Assembly: GCA_964016885.1 (NCBI GenBank)
Contig: OZ024742.1
Span: 207,514,001-207,578,000 of the forward strand
Direction of reading: 5' to 3'
DNA: 64,000 nt
Source: Eledone cirrhosa
Lineage: Eukaryota
The notes below the pieces were generated by a model. It saw only the letters and a program-made list of their open reading frames with translations. It was not told the origin of the DNA and ran no database searches. The position numbers and the translations under genes were made by a program. Of the stretch, positions 1-11,423 are shown piece by piece; the stretch's first letter is position 1; each line of letters opens with the position of its first letter.

Positions 1-660
1 TATGCATGTATTTTAATATATATTTTAAATGTACGTTTAATAATTATTTAAATTTGCTTTAAAGATAAAATTTGTTTAAGTTGTAACAAAATACTTAAGG
101 AATATATTACCTAAACCAAAAATTATAATCTTGAGTTAAATTAAACTATATAAATTTTTAATTAAACCAATTATGTGACGGCTATAAAAAGTAATGTATA
201 TTGATTAATTTTGATATAATGTATAAGTATAATTAGCTTAACCATAATCAAATACAAGAGATATCCATTGGTTTATGGTAATTGATTGGTTGCCTCAATT
301 CACCTAATATTTGAAAAAAAAGGTTTTCTTCTATCTATCACCACATATATTTTGTCGTTATTTCTCCTTTGCTCTTCCTCTATTCATCCATCCATTTATT
401 TATTTAGTTTTATTCATTTAAATATTTATGTATGTATTTATTTTTTACTTCTTTTCTTTATTTTTTTCTTTTTTTCTTGCCTTCCTCCTCTTTACACCCT
501 CTCTTATATCTCTAATGCGCTCCACGTCCTTTTCTTCTTTATGTTTATCTTATTATTATTTGTGGTATATAAATGTTGAGATTTGATGAAATAAATCACT
601 GCCAATACAGGAATTGAAATATCGAGACCGTAGAGGTATGTCATATATCAAATCATATAT

Positions 661-719
661 TTTATCTGACGAGAACGTACTGAAAACCAACACTGTACCT
701 TCGAAATATATATAATAAA
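661..719 (+). ncRNA. Minimal type I hammerhead ribozyme-like motif (PLE-type)
   Basis: tttat-CTGACGA-gaacgtac...gtaccttc-GAAA-tatata-TA-ataaa: intact core, stem I tttat/ataaa, stem II, self-complementary stem III; followed by (TA)n. Confidence 0.7.
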
Positions 720-764
720 GCATATATTTTGATTATGCGAATATCTTCATGTGTTAATATTTTG

Positions 765-815
<51 letters not shown>

Positions 816-1193
816 TAGACGATATATATATATAGCAAAATATTTAAACATTTGTTCCAGGCTTAAATTTTACTTTATCATATTGCTACTAACAACTTCA
901 TGTTCACCATTTGCCAGATAAAATATAAGATTAATATTATAATTTATATGTTCGAAGCCTACCCACCGTTTCTTGCTACGTGCGGTCACGTAGCTGATAT
1001 TTCTCTGTATCATTTAGCGAGAAAAGCTGCGTAACGGTGAAATAATCATTAGCTTTTATTGAGCAATTTTTCTACCGTTACAATGTAGAAACAAATACAA
1101 TATTTGTTTGCGCTCTAACATAGAGGATACGAAAATGCTTTCGTGACTTTTATATCGAATAATAATAATATTCGATTTTTCTGCAAGCCTCAT

Positions 1194-1489
1194 AACGCCA
1201 TATGTTTTAGATAACTATCGTCATCCTTTTGTTCTAGCGGAAGCAGAGAGAGAAACAAGCGACAATTGTTCAGGGTTGTTGCCGTTTGTCAAGATTGTAT
1301 ATCTCTTATTTTCTTCACACACTAGAACTCATGAGAATATATAGTATTCTCTAAAGTATACATCGGTTGATTAACCTAATTTGCATACCGAGCGATTTTA
1401 CGGCTGGCGTTGCCGAAAATTGTCGATTGCTTCTCTCTGCTACCACTGGAACAAGTGGATGAATATAGTCGTGTAAAAAACATAGCGTT
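1194..1489. repeat. Old imperfect inverted repeat (MITE-like hairpin)
   Basis: 1194-1268 (aacgccatatgtttt...gcagagagagaaacaagcgacaatt) approximates the reverse complement of 1418-1489. Confidence 0.55.
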
Positions 1490-1524
1490 AAGAGACTCTT
1501 TGCTTGCAAACTAATTGTCTATCA

Positions 1525-1920
1525 TGGTGGATTGGCAGTATCGTTAGAGGGTCGGTCGTCATGCTTTGATGCATAGAATTACAGCCTTTTCCATTCTGAG
1601 GTCAAATCCCGCCTAGGTCAACTTTTCCTTTCATCTTTACGGGGTTGATAAAATAAAGTACCAGTAATCTACTGGGTAATTGCTGGCGTTGTGCCGAAAG
1701 AAGAAACAATTATTATTTGATATAGGCGGTGGATTGGCAATATCGGTAGAGGGTCCGACGCCATGCTTTGCAGCAAAGAGTTACGGCCCTTTATGGTCTG
1801 AGTTTAAATCCCGCCAAGGTTAACTTTGCCTTTCATCCTTACGCGGTCGATAACATATAGTACCAGTAATGTACTGAGTACTTGCTGGCCTTGTGACAAA
1901 AGTAGAAACAATTATTATTT
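1525..1920 (+). mobile_element. Two tandem copies of tRNA-derived SINE family S (about 200 bp each; 1525-1722 and 1725-1920)
   Basis: ggcggtggattggcag head, B-box-like gagttcaaatcc, central ctttgcctttcatccttacggggtcgataaaataaagtaccag, tail agaaacaattatt; same family recurs across the window. Confidence 0.85.
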
Positions 1921-2140
1921 GATATATATTTTACCTATAATCAAATGTATACACACACACACACACACATATCGGTATATGATTGATGGCTGAGAGAAAG
2001 GAATACTCAATACCGAAGTAGAATTTTAATATTCATTTTAATTATGGCTACGAGTGAGTCTTGTTACTCAGGAGTTTCACCTGTTTATCGGTGATTACTC
2101 TGTGATAAAAATGCATATATATAAAATTACCTTATATATA

Positions 2141-2218
<78 letters not shown>

Positions 2219-2219
<1 letters not shown>

Positions 2220-3410
2220 TAAATATCTTTAAGTCGTTTGGAAGCCTCGACAATGAAAATGGGTAAATCTCCGGGTAACAAGGTCCGGTGGTGGAGAGAG
2301 GGATGTAAGTGGGTGTACGTTGTGATGCGTGGTGTGTATAAGATGTGTGAGATGTGTAGAATGAAGGGAAGAGTATAAAGGATGAAATTAAAATAACAAC
2401 ACAAGAGAGAGTTACCTTGGAAGAGATTTAATAGTCCCTATATATTTCGGATTCACATCAATCAACTGGGGTTTTTTCCGGGGTGGGGGCAAAGGTTGTC
2501 TGTCGGACAAGTCCGGAACGCGTCCTTTGCGGTTTGTATCTTGAATATCTGAGGTATTCGGCAGAGCGCGCGTGCGCGTGAAATGGGGTCGGTCGTACAG
2601 AGGTCAGCGGCCGAATGAGGGAGTGGGATGGCGCTAGCTGTCAGTCCATTCTCTGCCTGTTTGTTAAATGTTACTGTGTGTGTGTGTGTGTGCGTGTGTT
2701 GTTGTCTCGCTTGAGTGTGTGTGTGTGCGTGCGTGTGTTGTTGCCTTGTTCCTCTGTATTGGCAGTGTAGTATGTTCGTATGGTGGAATGCTACTGTGTG
2801 TGTGTGTAGTTGTCTCGTTTGCGTGTGTGTGTGTGTGTGCGTGTGTTGTGTGTTGTTGCATCGCTTGTTAACTTAAACCAGCCATCTCATTTCGCTTCTC
2901 TCTGATCGGTTGTTTATTTGCGGTTGCAGTCGTTTGATAAAAAGCGCTTACTTGATACGTAACGTGCCGATGTTTCTTTCAGTCGCTAGAATTGTGACAA
3001 TGGGCCTTCCGTCTTTGTTTCCGCATTTGTCTATGTGTTTCCGGAAAGACGAGGCCCTGGTTTTAGTGTGTTCCTTGATCCGGATGTGCAAAGGTCGAAT
3101 TGTGCTACCTATGAGTATTGGTTGCACCTGTCACATTCTATCTTATACACGACGTATGTGCGTAGGCAACAGTTCGCATGGCGTATCGGGCAGTCTCTGA
3201 GGGAGCATGCGTCAGTAGATTTTTCGGGTTTCCTGGAGAGGCATCTTCGCAGGGAGGGGCCCGAGTGGGCCTGGTGGATGTCGAGGCCCTCCCTCCGTAT
3301 AACCTTGCGGATAGCGTTGGTGGAGATTTACCCATTTGCATTGTCGAGGCTTCCAAACGACTTAAAGACATTTACTTATTGTTCCACAATGCTTCAAGCA
3401 AACTTTAATA
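2219..3410 (-). mobile_element. 5'-truncated Penelope-like element: GIY-YIG remnant (about 2872-3320) with inverted copy of its 3' end
   Basis: Minus-strand translation CSLRDCPIRHANCCLRTYVVYKIECDRCNQY..IGSTIRPLHIRIKEH...LQPQINNR (frameshift and stop); 2219-2272 is the reverse complement of 3322-3374; (TA)n on both sides. Confidence 0.8.
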
Positions 3411-3415
3411 TTCTC

Positions 3416-3477
<62 letters not shown>

Positions 3478-3482
<5 letters not shown>

Positions 3483-3742
3483 TTAAAACAATGAAATAAA
3501 AAATCAAGTCATTAGAGATATACTTCACTGCTTTACGATCGTTTCTAGATGGTGATAATATGTTGTATCTATAATCAGTTATTGATCTATGTAAGTTTAC
3601 AAACTATTTGATAGAGAGAATATTTACTTACATAGATCAATAACTGAGTATAAATACAATGTATTATCACCATCGAGACACGATCGTAAATCAGTGAAGT
3701 ATATCTCTAATGACTTTTTTTATTTCATTGTTTTAACTTATA
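3478..3742. repeat. Palindromic element next to (TA)n (arms about 120 bp)
   Basis: agttaaaacaatgaaataaaaaa...agtcattagagatatacttcactg...tgatctatgtaagt mirrored by acttacatagatca...cagtgaagtatatctctaatgact...tttcattgttttaact. Confidence 0.85.
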
Positions 3743-3871
3743 TCATAAGTCTGTTTTCCTTTTAATGTTTTATTGTTTTCTGAGATTTATCTTAACCTAC
3801 AACATTTTCAACATATGAATTATATCGAGTTCTTCATGCAGAATAGACCCCAAAACTTACAGCGGATGCCA

Positions 3872-3913
<42 letters not shown>

Positions 3914-4217
3914 GTAATCTGAATTTTTCGAATATTAATAATAACATTCGATTCGTTTGCAATGATGTAAACAAGCCTCATGTTTAAAGCCATGTCAGTA
4001 GAAAGAGCTCCTTATTCTTGCTCTGGTGTTGGCATGTAAATAGAACTGCAGACACTTCATCAGTACAGCACACTCCACACCTGCCAACTGTCAGAGCTGG
4101 TCAAAATGTATGCTATTTTCTAAAATATACAGTGCCTGACTGGCCAGATTAACACAATAGCAGACTGGCTGATTAGTCAGATCTGCATATTAGCAGATCC
4201 ACTGATCAGCCAGATTT

Positions 4218-4592
<375 letters not shown>

Positions 4593-4948
4593 ATATATAT
4601 ATATATAAATATATATATTTGAATGTGGTATGGGTCGAAAAGTTCTTTCTCCACTATGGAATGTGTGGTAAAATATCAGGTTGACCATAACCCACCAGAG
4701 TACTCGTTACTAAGGTTCCTATGCGCGCGCGGATGTGTATGTGTGTGTGTATATTTTTCGTTGTTGTAGTATTCATGTGGCAACATGCCCCTGGTCTCAT
4801 CATTTATGGTGTAATTATAACCTAACTTCTTGTGTTCACTCTGAAGAGAAATGTAATAATTTCTCTATCATCGAGTGCTTTGTAACAGTCATCGAGTATC
4901 GGATGATAATCTGCTACTTGTAGCAGCAACTTTGATTAAGCTCATTAC

Positions 4949-5002
<54 letters not shown>

Positions 5003-5008
<6 letters not shown>

Positions 5009-5332
5009 AGGGATTTATGAAGTTGTAGATGTCTATTCTTAATTGAGCCGTTATACACATTTCCCAGACGATAGATACTGTGATTTCTTCAAACAGCAAA
5101 ATTGAGTAAAAAGTAACATTTCCGAAGTAGTTATGGGTGACAGGGAGCGGACAACCAAAGCAACATTCATTTTTAGTCAGCTCCTTTCCACCCATAATTG
5201 CCTCGGAAATGTTACTTTTTACTCAATTTTGCTGTTTGAAGAAATCACAATATCTATCGTCTGGGAAATATGTATAACGGCTCAATTAAGAATAGACTCT
5301 AACATCTACAACTTCACATATTCCTCTTTATA
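5003..5332. repeat. Palindromic element (arms about 150 bp) with a degenerate hammerhead-like motif in each arm
   Basis: Arms are reverse complements; right arm gctgt-TTGAAGA...GAAA-tatgta-TA-acggc; left end abuts (TA)n. Confidence 0.8.
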
Positions 5333-5419
5333 AATATACTCCGCCATCTTTGTTTCAGAGAAGCAATATGACTTCGAGTGCTTGAAGTGAATTGCAACTT
5401 TGCATATACCGAATGTATG

Positions 5420-5474
<55 letters not shown>

Positions 5475-5476
<2 letters not shown>

Positions 5477-5833
5477 ATAATTTATTTTGCAAGGTTTTTG
5501 ATATGAAATCGTGTGTCAAAACAAATATTGTCATACTTGGGGAGGGTCATATTTTTGTAATAATATTGCCAGAAATAATAACACAACACACTCACTGTTT
5601 GGTTGGTTTTCGCTTCTGTATCTTTTATATCTCCATAGTTAATTTATTTGGCAATCAATATTTATCATTGATTGACCAACGGTTAGAAATATAGATATAA
5701 ATATATAATAATAATATTATTTATATAACTATAAATAATATTATTATTATATATTTATATCTGTATTTCTAACCGTTGGTTAATCAATGATAAACATTGA
5801 TTGCCAAATAAATTAACTATGGAGATATAAAAG
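5475..5833 (-). mobile_element. PLE family A-related 3' tail with fold-back palindrome 5622-5833
   Basis: 5525-5625 matches the reverse complement of 9330-9426 (ggggagggtcatattt...cactcactgtttggttggttttcgcttct). Confidence 0.75.
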
Positions 5834-6024
5834 GGCGGTGGATTGGCAGTATCAGTAGAGGGTCGGACGCCTTGCTTTGTAGCACAGTTACGTCCCTTTA
5901 CGAACTGAGTTCAAATCCCGCCGAGGTTAACTTAGCGTTTCATCCTTACGGAGTTGATAAAATAAAGTACCAGTAATACACTGGCATAATTGCTGGCATT
6001 GTGCCCAAAAGTAAAACAATTATT
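5834..6024 (+). mobile_element. SINE family S, full length
   Basis: Matches 1725-1920 along its length. Confidence 0.85.
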
Positions 6025-6188
6025 TATAGTTATATATACACTATATACAACTATAAACAGGAATGGTAGTAATTTATTACTACTTTATTACCAGTAAAAA
6101 AAATAGCTCAATGTAAATACATCAGATGTTTTACAGAGCAGGAATATACATTACACAATATTCAAAACTACGTTCAAATCAATGTATT

Positions 6189-6233
6189 GCTGACAATCGT
6201 TTCTTCCAAACTTTCGTTTGGAATCCTCGGAGC
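6189..6233 (-). ncRNA. Hammerhead-like motif, CCGANGA core variant
   Basis: gct-CCGAGGA-ttccaaac-gaaa-gtttggaa-GAAA-cgattg-TC-agc; paralogue at 54382-54428. Confidence 0.55.
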
Positions 6234-6767
6234 GCTAGCAAAGTTTGGACATATAATTAACTTCCTATTCAACTGAACAATCATATAGATACATGGATAT
6301 TAATGTTGGCATCAACAGTTTCGTATTTACAGAGTGGAATGAATGTGACAGAGATTACAAGAAAATTGTATAATAATTAAAGAGGCACAGAGTGGAATGC
6401 ATGTGACAGAGATTACAAGAGAATAGTGTAATAATTAAAGCAGTATAGATAGTTCAAATGCGTTATGCATATACAAGACAGTTAGGTAGGAACCAAGCAA
6501 TGGTACTAGGCATATATAATTACTGCATGGCAAAGGTATAACATAAAATAACATAGGTTTACAAGCATATCAAGCAGGCAAAGGTGTTTGTGTATTAAAA
6601 TTATGAGCTTATGATGGATGTGGTGTGATAATTGTTTCTGTAATGTAATGTTCAAATGTGCATGTGTTGAGAGTATTATTATTATTGTTATCTTTTCCAT
6701 TACATGATATAAGTATATATATATATATATATATAGTCTATCAAAGTTGCACATCTGCAACATCATC

Positions 6768-6960
6768 AAAGATGAGTGTTGCCGTACATGTACGGCAACA
6801 CTCATCTTTTTCCATTTCTCCGAGGGTTATAAACCCACTATCAGGCTAGAAATTTCTTTAGTCTAAAATACGGTGAAAGCTTATAATTTCTAATTTCTAA
6901 TTTCAAACTCGCGCACCGTTTCAAAAACATACTTACATGTTTACGTTTATAATTTGCTTG
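6768..6960 (+). mobile_element. 5'-truncated copy of tRNA-headed element T (subfamily 2) starting with a 42-bp perfect palindrome
   Basis: Near-identical to 57453-57626 and homologous to 7302-7457; 6768-6809 is a spacerless palindrome. Confidence 0.75.
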
Positions 6961-6981
6961 TGTATATATGTATATATATAC

Positions 6982-7016
<35 letters not shown>

Positions 7017-7160
7017 CACACACACACACACATATATATACATATATATATATATTATAAATGTAAGCTGTCGCCGTATTTTGACTACAGAAATTAAAGA
7101 AAATTATTTAGCCTGATAGTGGTGTCAAGAACCCTTGGAGAAATGGAAAAAGATGAGTAT

Positions 7161-7231
7161 TGACGTACATGGGAGTCGAACCCACATCTTTGGTTATCCA
7201 AACCACTGTGCTACCATTGCACCAACACATC
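7161..7231 (-). tRNA. tRNA-like cloverleaf (pseudo-tRNA head of element T), left arm of palindrome
   Basis: Reverse complement of 7242-7312 with 2 substitutions. Confidence 0.6.
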
Positions 7232-7241
7232 ACCCGTCTGT

Positions 7242-7312
7242 GATGTGTTGGTGTAATGGTAGCACAGTGGTCTGGATAACCAAAGATGTGGGTTCGACTC
7301 CCATGTACGTCA
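7242..7312 (+). tRNA. tRNA-like cloverleaf (anticodon position GGA, short variable loop; probably a tRNA-derived head, not a functional tRNA)
   Basis: Acceptor GATGTGT/GTACGTC+A (3 G-U pairs), D arm GTGT-AATGGTA-GCAC, anticodon arm TGGT-CTGGATA-ACCA, T arm GTGGG-TTCGACT-CCCAT; A and B boxes; TTTTT at 7322-7326. Confidence 0.65.
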
Positions 7313-7457
7313 ATACTCATCTTTTTCCATTTCTCCAAGGGTTCTTGACCCCACTATCAGGCTAAATAATTTTCTCTAATTTCTTTAGTCAAAATACGGC
7401 GATAGCTTACATTTATAATTTCAAACTCGCTTGCTGTTTCGAAAATATTCTTACTTG

Positions 7458-7535
<78 letters not shown>

Positions 7536-7779
7536 CAAGTAAGAATATTTTCGAAACAGCAAGCGAGTTTGAAATTATAAATGTAAGCTATCGCCGTATT
7601 TTGACTAAAGAAATTAGAGAAAATTATGATTTCAAACTCTCTCGCTGTTTCGAAAATATTCTTACTTATATATATATATTTATATATATATATATATATA
7701 TAAGTAAGAATATTTTCGAAACAGCGAGAGAGTTTGAAATCATAATTTTCTCTAATTTCTTTAGTCAAAATACGGCGAG

Positions 7780-9421
7780 AGCACTAACAAGTTTGATTTA
7801 GAACGTAGCACTAACAAGTTTGATTTAGAACGTAGCACGATGGAAAACATCCAGCAGATAGCTAATTCCATACACCAGAGTATAACTGTAACTATAGACT
7901 TCCCTTCCAAACACCCTAACAATAGACTACCTGTATTAGACACAGAACTCTGGATTAACACTATAGACGAGAGAGCCCAAATTCTCCACTCACACTATGC
8001 TAAACCCATGGCCTCCAAATACCTGATACTCAAAAACTCAGCAATGTCCAGTAGTGCTAAGTTTAATATTCTGATCGCAGATTTGGTACGAGTGATGAAG
8101 AATGTGTCCAGCATGTGCGACCCAACAGAAATGGAAGGACACATCCAACACTTCATCAACCGCATGCAGTTCTCTGGCTACAACCAAAGAGACAGAGTCA
8201 GAGTATACGAAGGAGCCATGGAAAAGTATAAGACCCTCATAGAACTGGACATGAAAGGAATTTGCCCACTATACAGGAGCAAATCATGGAATAGCTTAGA
8301 TAGGGCTAGACATAAGATAGGGAAGGCCACATCATGGTACGACAACCAGAGATATCAGAGTGTCATGTTTGTGGACGCCACCCCTGGAGGGAAATTAGCT
8401 AACCAGTGTAGAAAGGCCCTGAGAAAGACCCACTTAAAAATAAAGGTGGTAGAAAAGCCAGGAACCACCATAAAATCCCTGATCAGCAAAACCTACCCTT
8501 TTAAGAAAACCCACTGTACCAATAGGAAATGTATCATATGTAAGGTGAACCCCCGGATAAACTGTAAAACTAGAAACGTAGTCTATAGCATAAGATGTAC
8601 AGAGGGTACTTGTAGAAACACGACAACAACATACATAGGTGAGACAGCTCGTAGCATAGGTGAAAGGATAGACCAACACTGGGGGGAACTAAAAGGACGA
8701 AAAAACGGGTCAGTACTATACGAACATGCTAGACAACATCATGACGGTAACATAGACAACATAGAAATTAGAATAATATCTAAACATAGGAATGACCCAG
8801 CAGATAGGCAAATCAGAGAGGCCAGTGAAATAGAAATTAGAAGACCAAAGCTAAACAGAAAGAATGAGTGGAACAACAACAACACCCAAACAAACAACAC
8901 TGACCTAAGAGAAGTATAAATAAATAAGTAAATTAAATTAAATAAAATAAGATAAATAAATACATACACAAGCACATAAACACACACTAGTCACCCAGCA
9001 GACACAACACTATACACACTAGTCACACATCACACACGCAAACGCATGCGCAAAGAAGACAAAATAAAATAAGATAAACAAACAAGCAAACAAATAAATA
9101 AATATATAGACGGACTGAACAAAAAAAATGGCGTAGACATACAACACAACAGGAGGAACAATGAATATAACACCACTGACGATGTTGCAGATGTGCAACG
9201 AAAGATTTATGTAAACTATATATATATGTGTTTGTCTATATTGTATCTGTATTATTTTATTTTTGACCGCCGGTCAGTCAATGGCAACATTGAGGACCGA
9301 GTAAGTTAGATCGCAGATATATATATATAAAAGACAGCGAGAAGCGAAAACCAACCAAACAGTGAGTGTGTTCTGTTATTAATTCTGGCAATATTACGCA
9401 AATATGACCCTCCCCAAATAT

Positions 9422-9426
<5 letters not shown>
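7780..9426 (+). mobile_element. PLE family A insertion (possibly Nematis-like) with 3' UTR ending at (TA)n
   Basis: ORF above; 3' UTR paralogous to 45095-45582; 27-bp tandem duplication at 5' junction (7780-7833); CTGACGAt-gttgca-gatg-tgcaac-GAAA at 9176-9203. Confidence 0.85.
7840..8919 (+). CDS. PLE family A polyprotein C-terminal part (RT thumb, Cys-rich linker, GIY-YIG endonuclease); uninterrupted but 5'-truncated
   Basis: LPVLDTELW, HYAKPMAS, QFSGY, VMFVDATPGGKLA, CxxxxCxxC linker, NVVYSIRC...YIGETARSIGERIDQH, RQIREA, PKLNRKNEW. Confidence 0.88.
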   Translation: MENIQQIANSIHQSITVTIDFPSKHPNNRLPVLDTELWINTIDERAQILHSHYAKPMASKYLILKNSAMSSSAKFNILIADLVRVMKNVSSMCDPTEMEGHIQHFINRMQFSGYNQRDRVRVYEGAMEKYKTLIELDMKGICPLYRSKSWNSLDRARHKIGKATSWYDNQRYQSVMFVDATPGGKLANQCRKALRKTHLKIKVVEKPGTTIKSLISKTYPFKKTHCTNRKCIICKVNPRINCKTRNVVYSIRCTEGTCRNTTTTYIGETARSIGERIDQHWGELKGRKNGSVLYEHARQHHDGNIDNIEIRIISKHRNDPADRQIREASEIEIRRPKLNRKNEWNNNNTQTNNTDLREV

Positions 9427-9505
<79 letters not shown>

Positions 9506-9511
9506 TCACAG

Positions 9512-9544
<33 letters not shown>

Positions 9545-10857
9545 AATATATATAGATATATGTACGTATGAGTATGTTTAAATAGAGTTAAGAATGTGTG
9601 TGTGTGTTGAAGCAGAATATCAAAACCAACATAGATCACAGCAGTCTGGGGTGGGGCTGTTGAGGCTGTGTGTAAATGTCATGGGCACTGCGTCTCTATT
9701 TGAGACTAACTAACAACGAAACATATTATAAACACTGTATACTATATAGTGGAAACCTCATGTGAGCGAAGAAGATGACCACCTGGCGGTGAAGCGGAAA
9801 GCCTGTGAATGATGACTTTAATATTGAATAGGGCGTTGTGCATTCTCCTTTCCACATTCACACAGATACAGTTACACACAGATACACTCGCACTCATTCA
9901 TTCATACATAGACGGTAACACACACACATGCATACACTCATGTACACATACACTTACACGCTAACATGCAAAAAAAAAAAACACACACACACACACAAAT
10001 AGACACTCATAAACGCACCAACAATGACACATAGCCTGGAACTAATGGTAAGGTAGCAGACTGAGACGAGAGCAGAATTTTAGATGGAGACAAACACAGA
10101 AATGCACAAACACACACATGTACGCACATGCATGAATGCACGCACAGGCACACTAACGGACACACAAGCACACACATTCAAACACACAGATTAACTTACA
10201 AAATGCACAGGCATATATTCAGATCCACAAGCACACACATATACAGATAAATACATAAATGCAGAGGCAAAATAAAAATAACAAATCTACAACTTATATA
10301 CTGTATATATATACACCAAACAGAGGCTCTCTTTACACGAGGGAAACTATACGTGGTCGTTCTGTTTGTTAAAAATAGCGACGATATCTCCCTAAAATTG
10401 TGCCCTGCTATCTTTAAAAAGAATGATACATTAGGGGCATCAAATATATCAGGGAAGATCTGGGGCTATAAATTACAACAACAATACACCATTCATAAAT
10501 GTACGTATTCACACACACTGCATACACACAGACACATATATACATTCGCGCGCGCGCGCACACACACACACACACACATACACTGCATTAAAATACAAAA
10601 TACTTACATATACAGCGCGTATGCACTCAGAAATAAACACAAATTCACTTTCGCACACATACCCGTATACACATGCACCCATGCATTAAAATAAGCAAAC
10701 AAACTAATGCATGAACAAACGTGGCTATTCGATTTGCTAAATATAGCTGCTAAATATCCCGCATCTCTATAGTTTGAAAACGGTGTTGCTGTCTAATATA
10801 TTCCGAAAAACGAAAACGCTAGATCGATGCTGCCTGGGAATACCTGTTTGTCCTCAT

Positions 10858-10997
10858 TTCAAATCTCGCCGAGGTTAGCTTTGCCTTTCATCCTTACGGG
10901 GTCGATAAAATAAAGTAACAGTAATGTACTAGAGTCGATTTACTCGTCATTCTCCCTTATTTTCAAATTGCTGACCTTATACCAAAAGCAGAAAGAA
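10858..10997 (+). mobile_element. SINE family S-related 3' fragment
   Basis: ttcaaatctcgccgaggttagctttgcctttcatccttacggggtcgataaaataaagt. Confidence 0.75.
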
Positions 10998-11119
10998 TTG
11001 TAAGAGCTGACCTGGGGCTGTCTAAGCAATACCACCAATAAAAACAACTAACGCTTATAAAACACCAGACTGTTAATACACGTAGGCACATACACGCACA
11101 CACTCACACACTAACACGA

Positions 11120-11423
11120 CTACCTCCAACACCACCAGCACCACCATCACTATCATCACCAACAGCATCACTACCTCCAACACCAACACCATCACTATCA
11201 CTACAAACACCATTACCCCCATCATCACTACCACCACCATCACTCACACTACCGTCACCCCTACCATCACTATCACCACACCATCATCACTACCACCAAC
11301 ACTATCAGCACCACAACCATCATTATAACTTCCAACATCACCACTCTACCACCACCATCACTACCATCCCCATCACCAGTATAACCACCCCCACCACCAC
11401 CACCACACCCCCCCGCAACCACC
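11120..11423. repeat. Degenerate (CAC/CAT)n low-complexity tract
   Basis: Direct inspection. Confidence 0.85.

Larger units (their letters stand above)
7054..7419. repeat. Near-perfect 366-bp palindrome: two head-to-head copies of element T
   Basis: Arms reverse-complementary around a roughly 8-10 nt spacer at 7232-7241; mirror ORFs 7108-7338(-) and 7135-7365(+) are almost identical. Confidence 0.95.

Noticed and set aside
7108-7365. Pair of near-identical 76-aa ORFs on opposite strands
   Set aside because: Automatic consequence of the palindrome; the sequence is better explained as tRNA-like
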